64,000 bases of DNA from Lepidodermella squamata (Eukaryota > Animalia > Gastrotricha). A program made the translations under genes and the position numbers. The stretch covers positions 1 through 64,000 of the forward strand of contig JBLDXI010000001.1 in the NCBI GenBank assembly GCA_047495785.1, read 5' to 3'. A model generated the notes under the pieces. That model made no database searches and was not told the DNA's origin. It saw only the letters and a list, made by a program, of their open reading frames with translations. Of this stretch, positions 38,169 to 49,677 are shown piece by piece. Every line of letters begins with the position of its first letter. The first letter of the stretch is position 1.

Positions 38169-39176
38169 TGCATTTAGCTCTTTATGACAACTAATGATAA
38201 AACTAGTATAATCCGAAAACAGATTTAGAACCGATCAATTTTCGGCATGAAATTGGGCGAAAATCATACAGCGAAATGGAGTAACAACGAGATATTTTTT
38301 ACATGGATTCCAAAGAACTTAGGAGTAAACAAAGAACTAGAATAGCAAAACCTTAGTATGTTATATGAATAGGTAATATGAATGAACTAAATTGAAACAA
38401 AGACTCATTATTTGCAGCTTATAGTAATAGTCATAGCCGACAGCAGTCCCCCACGATATAGAGACCCGACGGGAGAAGCTTCCCGCTTTATAAAAGGGCC
38501 CTGAATACAGCATGCAGTGGTCTATCTAGATTTTTCAGCTTCGACGGGTTTGTCGCAGTAGCCTAGGTGAGATTCGATGAGCCTGTTTTACATTCACCTT
38601 TTGAATAGCTTCTTATCAGTTTCGGCAACTTTGAAATTGAAGACTTATATCAATTCCCCGTGACAGAGCGTCCGTGCACTTTCGACTTTCGAGTTGCGAG
38701 GAAGGTTAAGGCAAGGCAAGCCTAAAACGTCTTTAGTTTTTCTTCGGCCGCTTCGATCGAGTCACCAAATGCATCAGCAATTAAAAATATTCCACATTCA
38801 GGGTGACATAACAAGTCATCAGAGAAAGTTCATCGACGAGGATAGTAAATAGCATGGGCCATTAAATCTTTCTAATGGGACATCATATTCGATTGTGAGG
38901 GATTCCGAGCGCCCATTGTCACGTTCGGCGATTTGTCCGTGAGGAAGTGATACATTAGACCCGACTCTTTCAGGATCCATTGAAGCCGCCAAACACCGAA
39001 TCATCGAGGACGAGGAAAAGTTTCTCGCCGCATCATCCCGAGCCCTTTGAAATCACCAGAATTATCGACACGGTCTAAACATCCATCAATTTAAAATTCG
39101 GGCTTGAATACAGCTGAAGGTTGATTTCGTCGCGTTGCGTTTGAAAGGAGCCGCTCAATCTTTATTATTGCGAAGT

Positions 39177-39200
39177 TCAGGATCAGGATCAGGATCAGGA
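39177..39200. repeat. (TCAGGA)4 microsatellite next to a structured segment; possible retroelement 3' tail on the minus strand
   Basis: Four perfect copies of tcagga; adjacent 39205-39268 contains nested inverted repeats (gatttctc/gagaaaatc, caagct/agcttg). Confidence 0.6.
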
Positions 39201-39602
39201 TTTACGATTTCTCCTCGCCCTGACGGACTCAAGCTTTCGCCATAAGGCGGAGCTTGTGAGAAAATCGCGAGCTTACGCTCTAGGAAAGTTTGAACTGGTT
39301 TACTAACTACATAATTGAAATCCCTACCCCTGGTACTCCAGTTATTGCTGACTGTTTCTCCAGGGCCCAGGCATTAGTGCACAGGTGGCTTTTCCACTCA
39401 CTCAGCGAAGCCTACAAACGCCGTCGTAGCAAGAAAGCGGCGTTCTAAGGTTTGAACTTTAACTTCAGGTATCTAAGGAAGCTTCAAAATAAGTTTTACA
39501 TAAATGTTGTTCAAAATTTAATTAAACACATTTTAATTCTTAAAACGTATAAAATGTCAATATTTTATTAACGCGGTAAATTTAAAAATAAATCGCTGAG
39601 AC

Positions 39603-39988
39603 AATTTTGATGAGCGCTCGTTTAAATCTTTACATCTTCTTACAAATAGTATTTTTCTTAACCTAGAACATTTCATCTTCAATGTGAAGGATACAGTATG
39701 TATATTTTGTAAGGAAACTATTACTTTTCGCCTTATGGCAAACCACCTGTCTTATTTCTGCACAGGTATCACTAGTCATGATCCTGTCAGAATTTTTAGT
39801 AATAATCAGAGCACTATCAAAAATACCCTTATTTTCTTCAAACGCGTAGCCTTACATATATCTAGAGCCACTACTATTGTCTAAGGATTGGCAAATTGCC
39901 TTCGACACTAGGGCTTTTCTCTGCCCAATGATTGAATTTGCTTCCTTGGGGACCTCAGGTCCCCAAGGTATGAGGGCAGGCAGGCAGG
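39603..39988 (+). mobile_element. Probable 5'-truncated non-LTR retrotransposon 3' end
   Basis: Frame ending at 39884 has CIFCKETITFRLMANHLSYFC (C-x2-C...H-x4-C knuckle like LINE ORF2 C-termini), followed by a 12-bp perfect inverted repeat at 39944-39968 and a short (GGCA)n tract. Confidence 0.5.
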
Positions 39989-40088
39989 TTTAAATCTTTA
40001 GCCTTACACCCACAGCATGTATCTTTTGGCGATAGGCGATAAAAAGCTATTACTTCATTAGTGAACGCATCGAAAAAGTAACTCCTGA

Positions 40089-41056
40089 TCATAGATCTAC
40101 CGTGCAATTCAATAGTTGTGCACGGTTAGGAGTTTTCTGGCGGACGAGCAGACGTTTTCTCGTTTCTGCTTCAAGACGAGCAGCTTTTTCAACTTCGATT
40201 TGAGCCGGAGTAAGATCTGGGTTGATGTAGATTTCCTGTTTTTCGCGGGAGCCAGCTGGTGGCTTGAGCTTGTACGCGTTTTCCAAAACTAGGTTTCTAG
40301 AGAACGTGTCATGAAAAAATACTTTTAACAGACGGGGACGATTTCCACGAAGGTTTCCGACGCGCCTACTACCTGCGATACGAGACGTGACGCCAACCTG
40401 CAGACGTGACTTGCACATATTGATGAAGAAGAAGGCGTCATCTTTAGTTTCCACCATTCCGTCCACTAAGACCTGGCATTTTGTTTTACGTACTCGTCGA
40501 CAGCGCGTTTAGCCACTGCCTCCATCGAACCGTTGATCGAAATGAGAAGGTTTGAGAAATCGACAGGCGGGGATGATCTACCTTGAGATTCAGCAGGATG
40601 GGTCAGATCAACTTCGCAACAGGAATCGCAAAAGTATGCGGCTCTCTCGTGGGCACAGAGGAAGTCCCATTGGTCTTTCGGAACTTGCACACACTGGAGA
40701 ATGGGAGGAATGGTATGGGAGGAACATACCTTGCACTTTAGAAACTTACAGCTTTTAGCTACTGGCGAGTTGCACACCAGGCAGGGCACCGACTGTTGAA
40801 TATCTGATGTTGATAGATGATGCGAGCATGCTGCACAATCTCGGTCACTGTCTGCCAAATCAGCTTTCGACCGTACTTCTTTCAGCTTCTTGACCAGCAT
40901 TGGCTTCGAGCCAAGTTTAGAGGGATCGATGCCAAGGTAAGAGAGTTGATCAGACAGAGCCTTTACAGTTTGTTTGCCAGTGGATTTGGACGGGTTCCGC
41001 GACGCCATGTTATGTCGTGGGGTTGACCAATCAGCAGCAGCTGCAGCCATCGTCAC
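40089..41056 (-). mobile_element. Non-LTR retrotransposon ORF1-like remnant (PHD-type, CR1/L2-like), frameshifted near 40466
   Basis: Cys-rich PHD-like finger (CLVC...CKVC...QC...YFCDSC), then after a frameshift LVDGMVE...RRVG...RPRLLKVFF...AYKL...IYINPDLTPAQ, typical of LINE ORF1. Intronless; no ORF2 follows. Confidence 0.75.
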
Positions 41057-41428
41057 GTTAAACCACTTACTTATTTATTATTCAATCGCAGATATTTTCC
41101 CCGAGTTCCCCGAGGTGAAACTAAAATATCGCGCACGTGCTTGAACTCCAAGCTTTGGGGTTTCGTTCGAATAGGTAAGTGTAACAGAAATAGTTAGTGT
41201 AAATCGGACGGGCTCGGGAGTTTTAATATTTTTAAGAATATGAGGTGCTTATTAGTAATAATTAAAAGTTCAATCAGATGCAATAAGGATGAAAAAAGCT
41301 TCTCACTTTAGGCTCTCTCATACAGTAGTCTATATCTCAGAAGTCGACTGATATATTGTAAGAAATCAGAGTAAGTTGATACGACTTGGGTTTCAGCCGT
41401 AAATGAATGTTTTTAATCGCTTCCATAA

Positions 41429-41632
41429 CCCAGCCGTGAGGGTCACCATAGATAATTCATCAATCGATTGATTTGATTTAGGGCTATCGAAAGGTTCGAT
41501 CAATTCCTGGCGGAGCATTCGGTGTCACATTTTGCCTTACAACATGAATTTATTTCTGTTTTCATGTTTCTGAGGGGATGAACATGGGATATATTTTGTG
41601 ATAACAGATCTTTGGTCACCCTCACGATTGGG
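41429..41632. mobile_element. MITE-like element with degenerate 25-bp terminal inverted repeats
   Basis: CCCAGCCGTGAGGGTCACCATAGAT vs reverse complement of the right end CCCAATCGTGAGGGTGACCAAAGAT (21/25). Flanks ataa/ccaa are not a clean TSD. Confidence 0.55.
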
Positions 41633-41792
41633 CCAATAGTTAATTGGCTTACGCTCTCTTAAGGTTTATAACATACAGAAGGTACGACAAAACATTTGTA
41701 CCAACATTTGGAACATTTGTATGACAAAACTTCTCGTGCATCATGTATTACGTTCCCAATAGTATATTCACGAGGGATGGGCACTGTTGTGG

Positions 41793-41873
41793 TGAGAAAA
41801 TTTTCGCGAGGTCCATTTTCGCTCGTGAAATTCGCGAAAATTATCGCCTCGCGAATAACATCGCGTATACAGT
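41793..41873. mobile_element. Solo end of a TA-flanked MITE-like element rich in TTTTCGCG/CGCGAAAA motifs
   Basis: Reiterated ttttcgcga / ttcgcgaaaatt / ctcgcgaata motifs ending in tacagta; matching other end not found. Confidence 0.4.
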
Positions 41874-42025
41874 AATCAAATATTTCATCTTCAGACTACT
41901 ATTGCTACAGAGATATTGCATAATTCGGAAATGTGAAGTTGCACGTCGTATTCGATCACTGGTTTAACATCTACGTGGGTTCTTCGTCTAATTCACCATT
42001 TTAGGTTTATCGATTTTATTAACGA

Positions 42026-42723
42026 ATGCCGCTTAAGCAAACTGTAAAGCCTTCCTTGTACGGAAAAAAGAGAGATTCTGCAGCTCCAAAGAAAACCAAT
42101 TCTGCTTCCACGTCTGGCTCTGCTCTTTTTCCTGAAGAAGTTAACCATGTAGAATCCTCAGCAGCCTGCTTCACGACATTAGCTATGGCAGATAGGCTCA
42201 AAGTAGGTTGACTTAATTGCTATCAACAGCGAAAATTTTAATTTGTTGATTTGCATAGGCATTGGAAGTATCATTGGTTTCTCTGCAAAAACAAGCGAAA
42301 CAGCTAGTCTCTACTTCGAATACTATCACCTCTGAAATCCAACATAAGGTAGTCTTTGATTCAAGTTGAGGTTATGTTTATTTTTTGCGTCCTTAACTCT
42401 CATTCCAGGCAGTTGCTGCCGTCAATGTCAAAGAAAGCATTTTTGAGAACATAACTCCCGTTGATATTGATGTATCCGAAATAACGCGCCCCTATTCGAA
42501 ATTTCGTGCCTCGCCAGCTGACCGACGGCCAGAGGAGGATGATGCGGAAAATATCCCATCTGATGTAAAAGATGCGCGTTTGAAGCTGCTTTCCAAAAAG
42601 TCAGAGCCTAGCATGAAACATTGGTTGTTTGATTCATTTCAAAGCATGCCTGCGGCAGAAAGTTTTGAATTATCGACAGACGATATTTGGAATATGCTTG
42701 ACTTGGATTTTGAGGCCTCTTAA
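42026..42723 (+). CDS. 3-exon 193-aa protein, possibly PPP1R35-like
   Basis: Exons 42026-42202, 42259-42348, 42409-42723 splice in frame with GT-AG introns. The segment TTLAMADRLKALE...EIQHKAVAAVNVKESIFENITPVDI resembles the PPP1R35 C-terminal domain as I recall it. Gene model solid, identity tentative. Confidence 0.6.
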
Positions 42724-43915
42724 GATAATATGCATCTTCAAGTAAATAATGGCTTTAATTTTTTTTCACGTGCACTACGTTAATACTTTACACATCATCG
42801 AGAATGATATTTCAGTAATAAACTGCAATTTGAACGTCAAAACTAAGAGCATGTGTCTTGTGATGCGTGAAACAATTTATAAAACAAAGGGATATCATTT
42901 CGTGCGTCGGCGATTGTATGAGTCGTTCAGCCTTATTTACAATGTTCGTAGCTGGTTAAACCGTTGAAGTCAGGTAACGCATGTATGGTTGTGTTCAACT
43001 GTGGCCATCATCCATACGTGCACAGCTGATGAACTGGGCCACTCTGCTCACGTGTATAAACAAAATGCCGGCCTCCAGCGCTGGCGGCGTTTTCTTTTAT
43101 AACAAAAAAATACGAACATATGTGCGGCAACGGTTATACTCCGCCTCGGTTATATTATGCGGTGGTGCCTTATTGTTTTCTCCTGTACCTTCATGTCGCA
43201 CATTTCTTACGGGTACCTATAATACTTTCCTTCGCTGACTGATAGTAGGCATACAGGTAAGCAATATGTACCGAGAAAACGAAATATCCGCGCTCGGGTT
43301 ATATTGCGTCGTTTATCATCATATGGTAGACGCTGGGCCGCGTCTGATGTCTAGCATTAGCAGCCCCGTAATATATTTTCTTATTTTTTACGTGTTTTCC
43401 TTTATCACGGGGTTTTATTCATCGCTTCGCTATTCCTACTTTTTGCTTCTATCGTAGACTGCGTACATAATAATATTATTATATCGCGCAGAAAAAATAT
43501 CGTGGATATTATAGTAAGGCGCATGCAGTTTTAAGTGCTTCAATAGCACATGCTCTTGTATTCCCAAATGTGCGTGAATATTTCCATTTTTCGTATAACA
43601 CAAGACTACGTTATTAAGTAATAACTACTAGAACTATTTCTACTACCTTTTAATACAAATTTGCATGCCATTGTTGAATAATATTGGCCAACAGTGCATA
43701 ACCAATTGCAATGAGGTTTCGATATCAGCTGCTATTTAGGCGCGATTGATTTTTTGCCCCCATGACGTGACATTGCCTGTCATTTTCCCCCATTTTTTCT
43801 CTCTTCTTCATTACGATCGTTTCTCTAAAGACTCGATATGCTTTCAAACAGTGATATTATTGAAAACGCATTATTTCCTCTGTACACAGACCCTAAATTT
43901 TCAGTCAACTACATT

Positions 43916-45886
43916 ATGGCTGACTTTCGAAGTGAGCTTTCCGTTCCGATTAACAAGGACCAAATGAGTTTTGAGGAGCGACAACGCACTATCATGAGTG
44001 ACATCGAGCGCGAAATGGAAGATCGGCGTCGGCAGTGGGAGAGCGAGGTGGAAAAGACGCGTAGAGAATTTTTCAAAACTCCCACCTTTCTCGATGCGTA
44101 AGTTGTTTCGAATGGACTCAGTGCAAAATCGTAATTTTTTTCAACAGTCATGTCGACCAGCCGGCACTACGTAGTTCTATCCGCAATTTTCCGACTGGTA
44201 CGATCCAGGAAGATGCGCAAACATGGTACGAAGACGGACCGAACGGGCAGCCGTTGTGGAAAGCGCGCTTCAGCTTGACCGACTTTGTTCTGGAAGACAT
44301 CAAGGTTATTGTGAACCCTGACCGCACCTTGGTCGTCCAAGCCAAGGCGGAAAAACGAGACGGAGGTATAATGTTACACTATTTTAGTAGGGCAATGTTA
44401 CATTAAAATCGTCATTAGGTTCTGTCGTATCAAAAGAATTCAGCCGTCAGTTGGCACTTCCGAGAGATGTTTTAATTGAGCAAATGGCTAGTCTGCTGTC
44501 GTCTGATGGCGTTCTCACTGTCCAAGCTCCGGTTACCAGCCCAGACTACGCACAGGTAAATTTGAAGTGCCTAAGATCACCAGCATTATTAGGCCTACTG
44601 CTTTTCCTCCGAACTGTTTGTCTTCTAGAAGTTATCTGTAAGCACTTTATTGATGTTCCACTGCTTGTTATTCGATATGAGCAAAGTTTTATCTGCAATA
44701 GGGCAAAAATAACTTGAGCTCATAATATAACTGTATCGTCAGATTGTGTAAAATTCCCTGCTATCTATTATTATCGTTATAGAAACGCTAACGCAAAATA
44801 TCTAGGTATCAACCGAAACTGAATTTTACTGTTCCTACACGATTCGTAAATATTTTATATTTCTTGAATTATCAACGCTGCAATTAAGGACCGCGCTGGC
44901 GTCATATTGACGTGAGTCTGTAGGAATGTTTCGCCATTGGTTGGAAAGGAATGGAATTTGAAATTTAAATTCGAATTCACCAGAGCGTGTTGCATCGATT
45001 CAGATCTCTTTCAAACGGATAACGACGATTTTTCGAATCCCCGAAGAAGAAATTAAGCAACAGCTAACAATAGTTAAAGCAATAGTTAACATTTACAATA
45101 TTTCGCTGACATCCAACCATTTTCTAGGCAATGATAAGATTTTTAATATTTTGGGATATTTTATATTGGACGATAAACTGAATATATCGCATCCATCGTG
45201 GTGTCGCGCGCGGTAGTTCAACTCAAATCGGTACCTCCAGCGTCGGAAGGGCCACAAAATCAACGTTTCGATAAAAAATGATAGCCCATTTAACACTTGT
45301 CTATTATGCACTTTAGCCACCTGCGATTTCCATGTGTCCACCTACTGTGCCTCGGCCTTTGGGTGCAAACCCTGCGACTTCGTCGTCTTCATCCTTCCAC
45401 ACCAGCCGGTTCGAATCTAGCTCGCCTCGCACGGCCTCGCCTCGTTTTGGCCAGACCACCTCCTCGTCACCCCGGCCCGGTCTGACCATCACGACCACCC
45501 TACCGCAAACCGTTATGGGTAGCAATCTGTTCACGACGCCGAGCCGCGGCATCATCGCGGTGAACGCAAACGGCGAGCAGGTCATGCAATGGAGCTTCAA
45601 TCTCGAATCGAACATCTACACACCTGAGGAGATCAGCGTTCGCGTGAAGAATCACAATAAACTGGCAGTGTCTGCCGTCCACGAGGAGCGCACCGGTGGT
45701 CGCACCGCGCGACACGAATTCACGCGCGAGTGCGACCTGCCTGATGTGATCGACGTGCGCACGATCACGACTTTCTACCGGCCAGAGCAGGGCGTTCTGC
45801 ACGTCGAAGCCAAGTTACTGCCCGAGCACCAAACCGCTATTGATCAACGCAACCGCGGCCAACGCCTCCCTGTAGCTTTTGAATAG
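43916..45886 (+). CDS. Small heat-shock protein with two alpha-crystallin domains (major egg antigen p40-like), 368 aa
   Basis: Exons 43916-44097, 44148-44365, 44419-44555, 45317-45886. ACD1 has EFSRQLALP...SLLSSDGVLTVQAP; ACD2 has YTPEEISVRV...HEFTRECDLPD...GVLHVEA. An upstream in-frame ATG at 43838 is an alternative start. Confidence 0.88.
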
Positions 45887-47289
45887 GGCTTTGAAACTTG
45901 TCATGCTAATGCAAATCCTTCGTCTTTTATGCATCTTTAACTGTTAATGTGAGAAATAATCTCATCGGGTTACACCTAGCTCGAACTTTCATAACAAAAC
46001 AGCGAGCACGACGCGAAACAGCTTCTTAATTATTTACGGTTACTTAGTAGAGATTTTTCTGTAACTTCTAACTGTGCCCTTGCGAGTTTCATGATCACGC
46101 CAACCTTACAAAGTAATTACAATGCTCGAGTTGTTTCACCCTCCAATAGCTTCTAAATGAAATTTATTCATTATTCTTTGCGTACTTCTGTTATTTCTGA
46201 TTTGAAAAAATCAAGCTTCAGAGCTTCATGATAGCACTCGGTTACTTTTCTTATGCTACATCGATCAAGTCAACTTATGAATTATTGCAAGCGCAGAGCA
46301 AAGCAGTCAATTTACTATTTTCCGAAAAAGCTCATTGTGCCACGCTAAACTAGGACAAGCATTTGTTATTCATGTATCAGCCAAAGCAATCACACTCAAA
46401 ATAGCTAACAGACTGTTTGTTCGTGATGTATGGTGCTAATTTTCAACTGACTCATGAACAACATTCACAAAATCTGATGAAATAATAGTGGATGCATGAT
46501 AACATATCGCATTTTCAGCTGCCTTCGTGTATTAATAAACAAGCACTATTCGAGCTCTACTTATTCCACCTTTTATTTCATAAATCAAAAGCCGAAAAAC
46601 AATAAAACAAAAATTAATTGTGAATCAATGTTTCTATTTCGGCAAATCTGTTTGGAGAGTGAGGTGAGCAGGGTTCAAAAGATCAAGAGCCTTCATAATA
46701 TAGCAAGTGAGCAAGTCAGAAAATGTGGGCAGTTTCAAATAATTCAGCCGTGTGCTAAGTTATCCCCCCGGTTTCTCACTGTATAAGAAAGCTTTCGAAG
46801 CTTCCAGGTATATAATTAAAATAGAGCGAAGCCGTGGTGTTCATAATCTCCAAAGTTGCACAGATAGTGCTTTTGAGTTGGCCATGCTTGTTTACGTCGC
46901 AATCTATGTCTAAACAGTCCGGATATGCCCATGAGCAGTCATTATAGATGAAGACCGCGTCACATTTCAGATTCGGCTCATCCTCCTCTAATTACACCCT
47001 GCCTTGGGCTTCACTGATTTAAAGTTGACGCCGCAAAGGGCGGCCTATATTAATCCTTTTGTGTCCATACCTAATAATCCTCAAAACAAGAGGCAGGCTT
47101 TCGCATCACACGCCGACTCTTTATTAGCTGCACGCAACTATCACTTTGTGCAAACGAATAGAACAACAAAGCAGATACTATGATGAGAAAAAGTGAATTC
47201 AAAATAAACACGCGTGAAAAAATCAACATGGACATCAATATAAAAAATCTTGGCAATTTGATATTGGAGCAAGCATAGATGCAAGCCGT

Positions 47290-49050
47290 TTATTGCTCTG
47301 AGGATTCAACTTTAGCTTTGTCATCTTTGATTTCCTCCGCTGCTGACTGCTCAGTAGACGTCGCAGATGTCGGTTCTGTAAACTCGGCAGCATCTTTGCC
47401 AGTAACTGGGCATTTTCCTTGTTTGGGCAAATTCTTCTTATTAGCACCGCCTGGTGGAGCAGATGAAAAAGGGCAAGCACCTTCAGGAGGATCTACATTA
47501 GCATTCAAATCTTTGCAGCACTTCTTGTGGACTGGCCAATGGATTTTTTGACATTCAGCGTTACAATATACCACGCTGTGGCATTTTGAACATTGCTTCT
47601 CGGCGTCGCGAACGCTACATGTTCCGCAAGATTCAGCGGCTGACATTCGATCGTACATTCGACCCCCAATCGAAACCAGCAACGAGGACATTGCAGGGGA
47701 ATATTTCGGTTGAACCGGAGAAGTTTTGATTTGATATGTCAACTGACGTAACAACGCAAGATCATGATAAGGAAAATTTCCGATTGTCTTCTTAGCAAAC
47801 TGGTCCTGGACATTTGGTTTCACGAGATTTCGCAACCATTGAGGCAGCGTATCCTTTTCGCCATCCTGAGCTGCGTCGCTAGCAGAAGAAGTTGACTCCT
47901 TGACAACCAACTGAAGTACGCAGCCCAGATAATGAATCTGTGTGGGAATGAGTATTATTTCATGACTCTTGCGCTTGAAAATAAATACCTTCATCGCTCG
48001 CATCTCATTCATTTCCTGCGACTTGCATTCGCGTTCAATCAATCCGTCGATGACTCTGGTAACGTGAATATTGTTGCCGTTTTCCATCAACTGGTGAGCG
48101 TCGTTGTTAAACATCAAGTGTTTGGCCAACCAAAACAAATTCAAATTAGTTTGCAATAAAAATCTGTGCAAGGGCGCAGCAAGACGGGGTGGCAGCTTTG
48201 GCTCCGAGTCAAAACCACGCGGTACCGTGAAATAGTCGATTTCTTGGCGGCGGACATAGCTATTGATAACAATAGCGCACTCGTGTTGACCTGAAGAATG
48301 ATATAAATGCCCAAAACATGGCTTCAAGTTTTTGAATAGTTCTTACTTATGAATCCAGCGAGCTGTGCCGCAGTCCTTTCTAAAATTAAAAATACAGTGA
48401 GTTGGAAATGGATGAGACGCTTCAATATAAAATTCGCTGCTTTAAGCAAAAATAACTATAGTCTGTTGCATAGGGCCGATTTTTCGCTGCAACTCAACTT
48501 TCGTTCAAAAATCATGCACGTTCTTACTTAAAGTTGACAATTCAAGCAGCGTACAACATTCCATGACAGAGATAAGTCCAACGAAATAATTGCGAAGCCT
48601 AGCAAATCAAACATAGTTCTGCTCACTTGTGTTGTTTTCATAATCAGGATCGGCTCCAGCTGCCATAAGAAGATGTACAGTCTCTACGGATCCTGTAAAA
48701 GCAAGTTATTACAGATAAAGTTCGCTAAAATTGGTCAGTTCAACGTTTACCAGACATCACTGCAAACATCAACGGAGTGTATCCAGAAGTATGCTCGTGC
48801 GAATTAGGATTAGCACCGCGTAAAAGGAGCAAGGAGCATATTTCTGTTCTTCCTCGGTAAGCGGCGTGGCAAAGCGGCGTCATTCCACTCTCATCCAAGC
48901 AGTCGGTTCGAATATCGCTTAGATTCAAAAATCGTTTGATTTCATCAGGCTTTCCTGTTTATACATTGAAAAGTCATATTCCTAAACCCCCGATCACGTG
49001 TTGAGTTGATACCTTTATTGAGAGCTGCAATGAATTGCTTCTCGTTCTCG
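47290..49050 (-). CDS. ANKMY2: Ankyrin repeat and MYND domain-containing protein 2
   Basis: Ankyrin repeats (DESGMTPLCHAAYRG, GYTPLMFAVMSG, KRTAAQLAGFI), conserved EPKLPP..AAPLH and NEMRAMK|IHYL, and MYND finger CGTC...CSKC...YCNAECQKIHWPVHKKCC. Start MQKGVLSENE at 49050. Confidence 0.92.
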
Positions 49051-49677
49051 CTGAGGACTCCTTTCTGCATTTATAAGCTTAAGCTGCTAAACCTCCTTGA
49101 AAAAGACGGAATTTAAATAAAAATGCAGCTCCTTTTAAATCAATATTCATCTCAACACTTTACACTTGACCAGCTAAAACCAATCTCCCAGGCGCCAGAT
49201 AAGCGATAACAAATGACGTACTTGAATAAGTACGTTTATAGCTTGAGCTTATTTATGAAGATTTTTCTTCCGCAACTCCTGATAAAAAAACGGATAGTCG
49301 AAACGACAATGATTAATGATATTTCCTTTCCTTATTCTCTTAGATCGTAGATCAATATACGATGTCTAACAACTAAGAAGAAGTGCAAATATCCAATGCA
49401 AGCCAATTTAATAAGAAGGGACGAAATCCATGAAGATTATCGAAACAGTTAAGCAGTTGAGAGGGTTGCTCTGGCCATAGACAGCATAAATTGGCAGTTG
49501 TTTGCAGGAAGCGCGTAAAAATGGAAAACGAAAAAGATTGACGCGACTTCAGAAAACCACACCGAAACCGCAAAATTGTTTTAGCGCCAAACAACGGTGT
49601 CAAGGCTGGATTCAATATACAAGCTCATATTGAATAAATTACTGTGTTTATATAAATTAGAAACTTTACTATTTAGT

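Noticed and set aside
39215-39270. Hammerhead ribozyme-like CTGA...GAAA segment
   Set aside because: Core reads CTGACGG rather than CUGANGA, and I could not build stems I/III with a cleavage triplet.
42749-43500. Short ORFs between genes (also 46496-47256, 54454-54879, 58211-58952)
   Set aside because: AT-rich, no recognisable motifs or consistent splice structure; likely intergenic or UTR.
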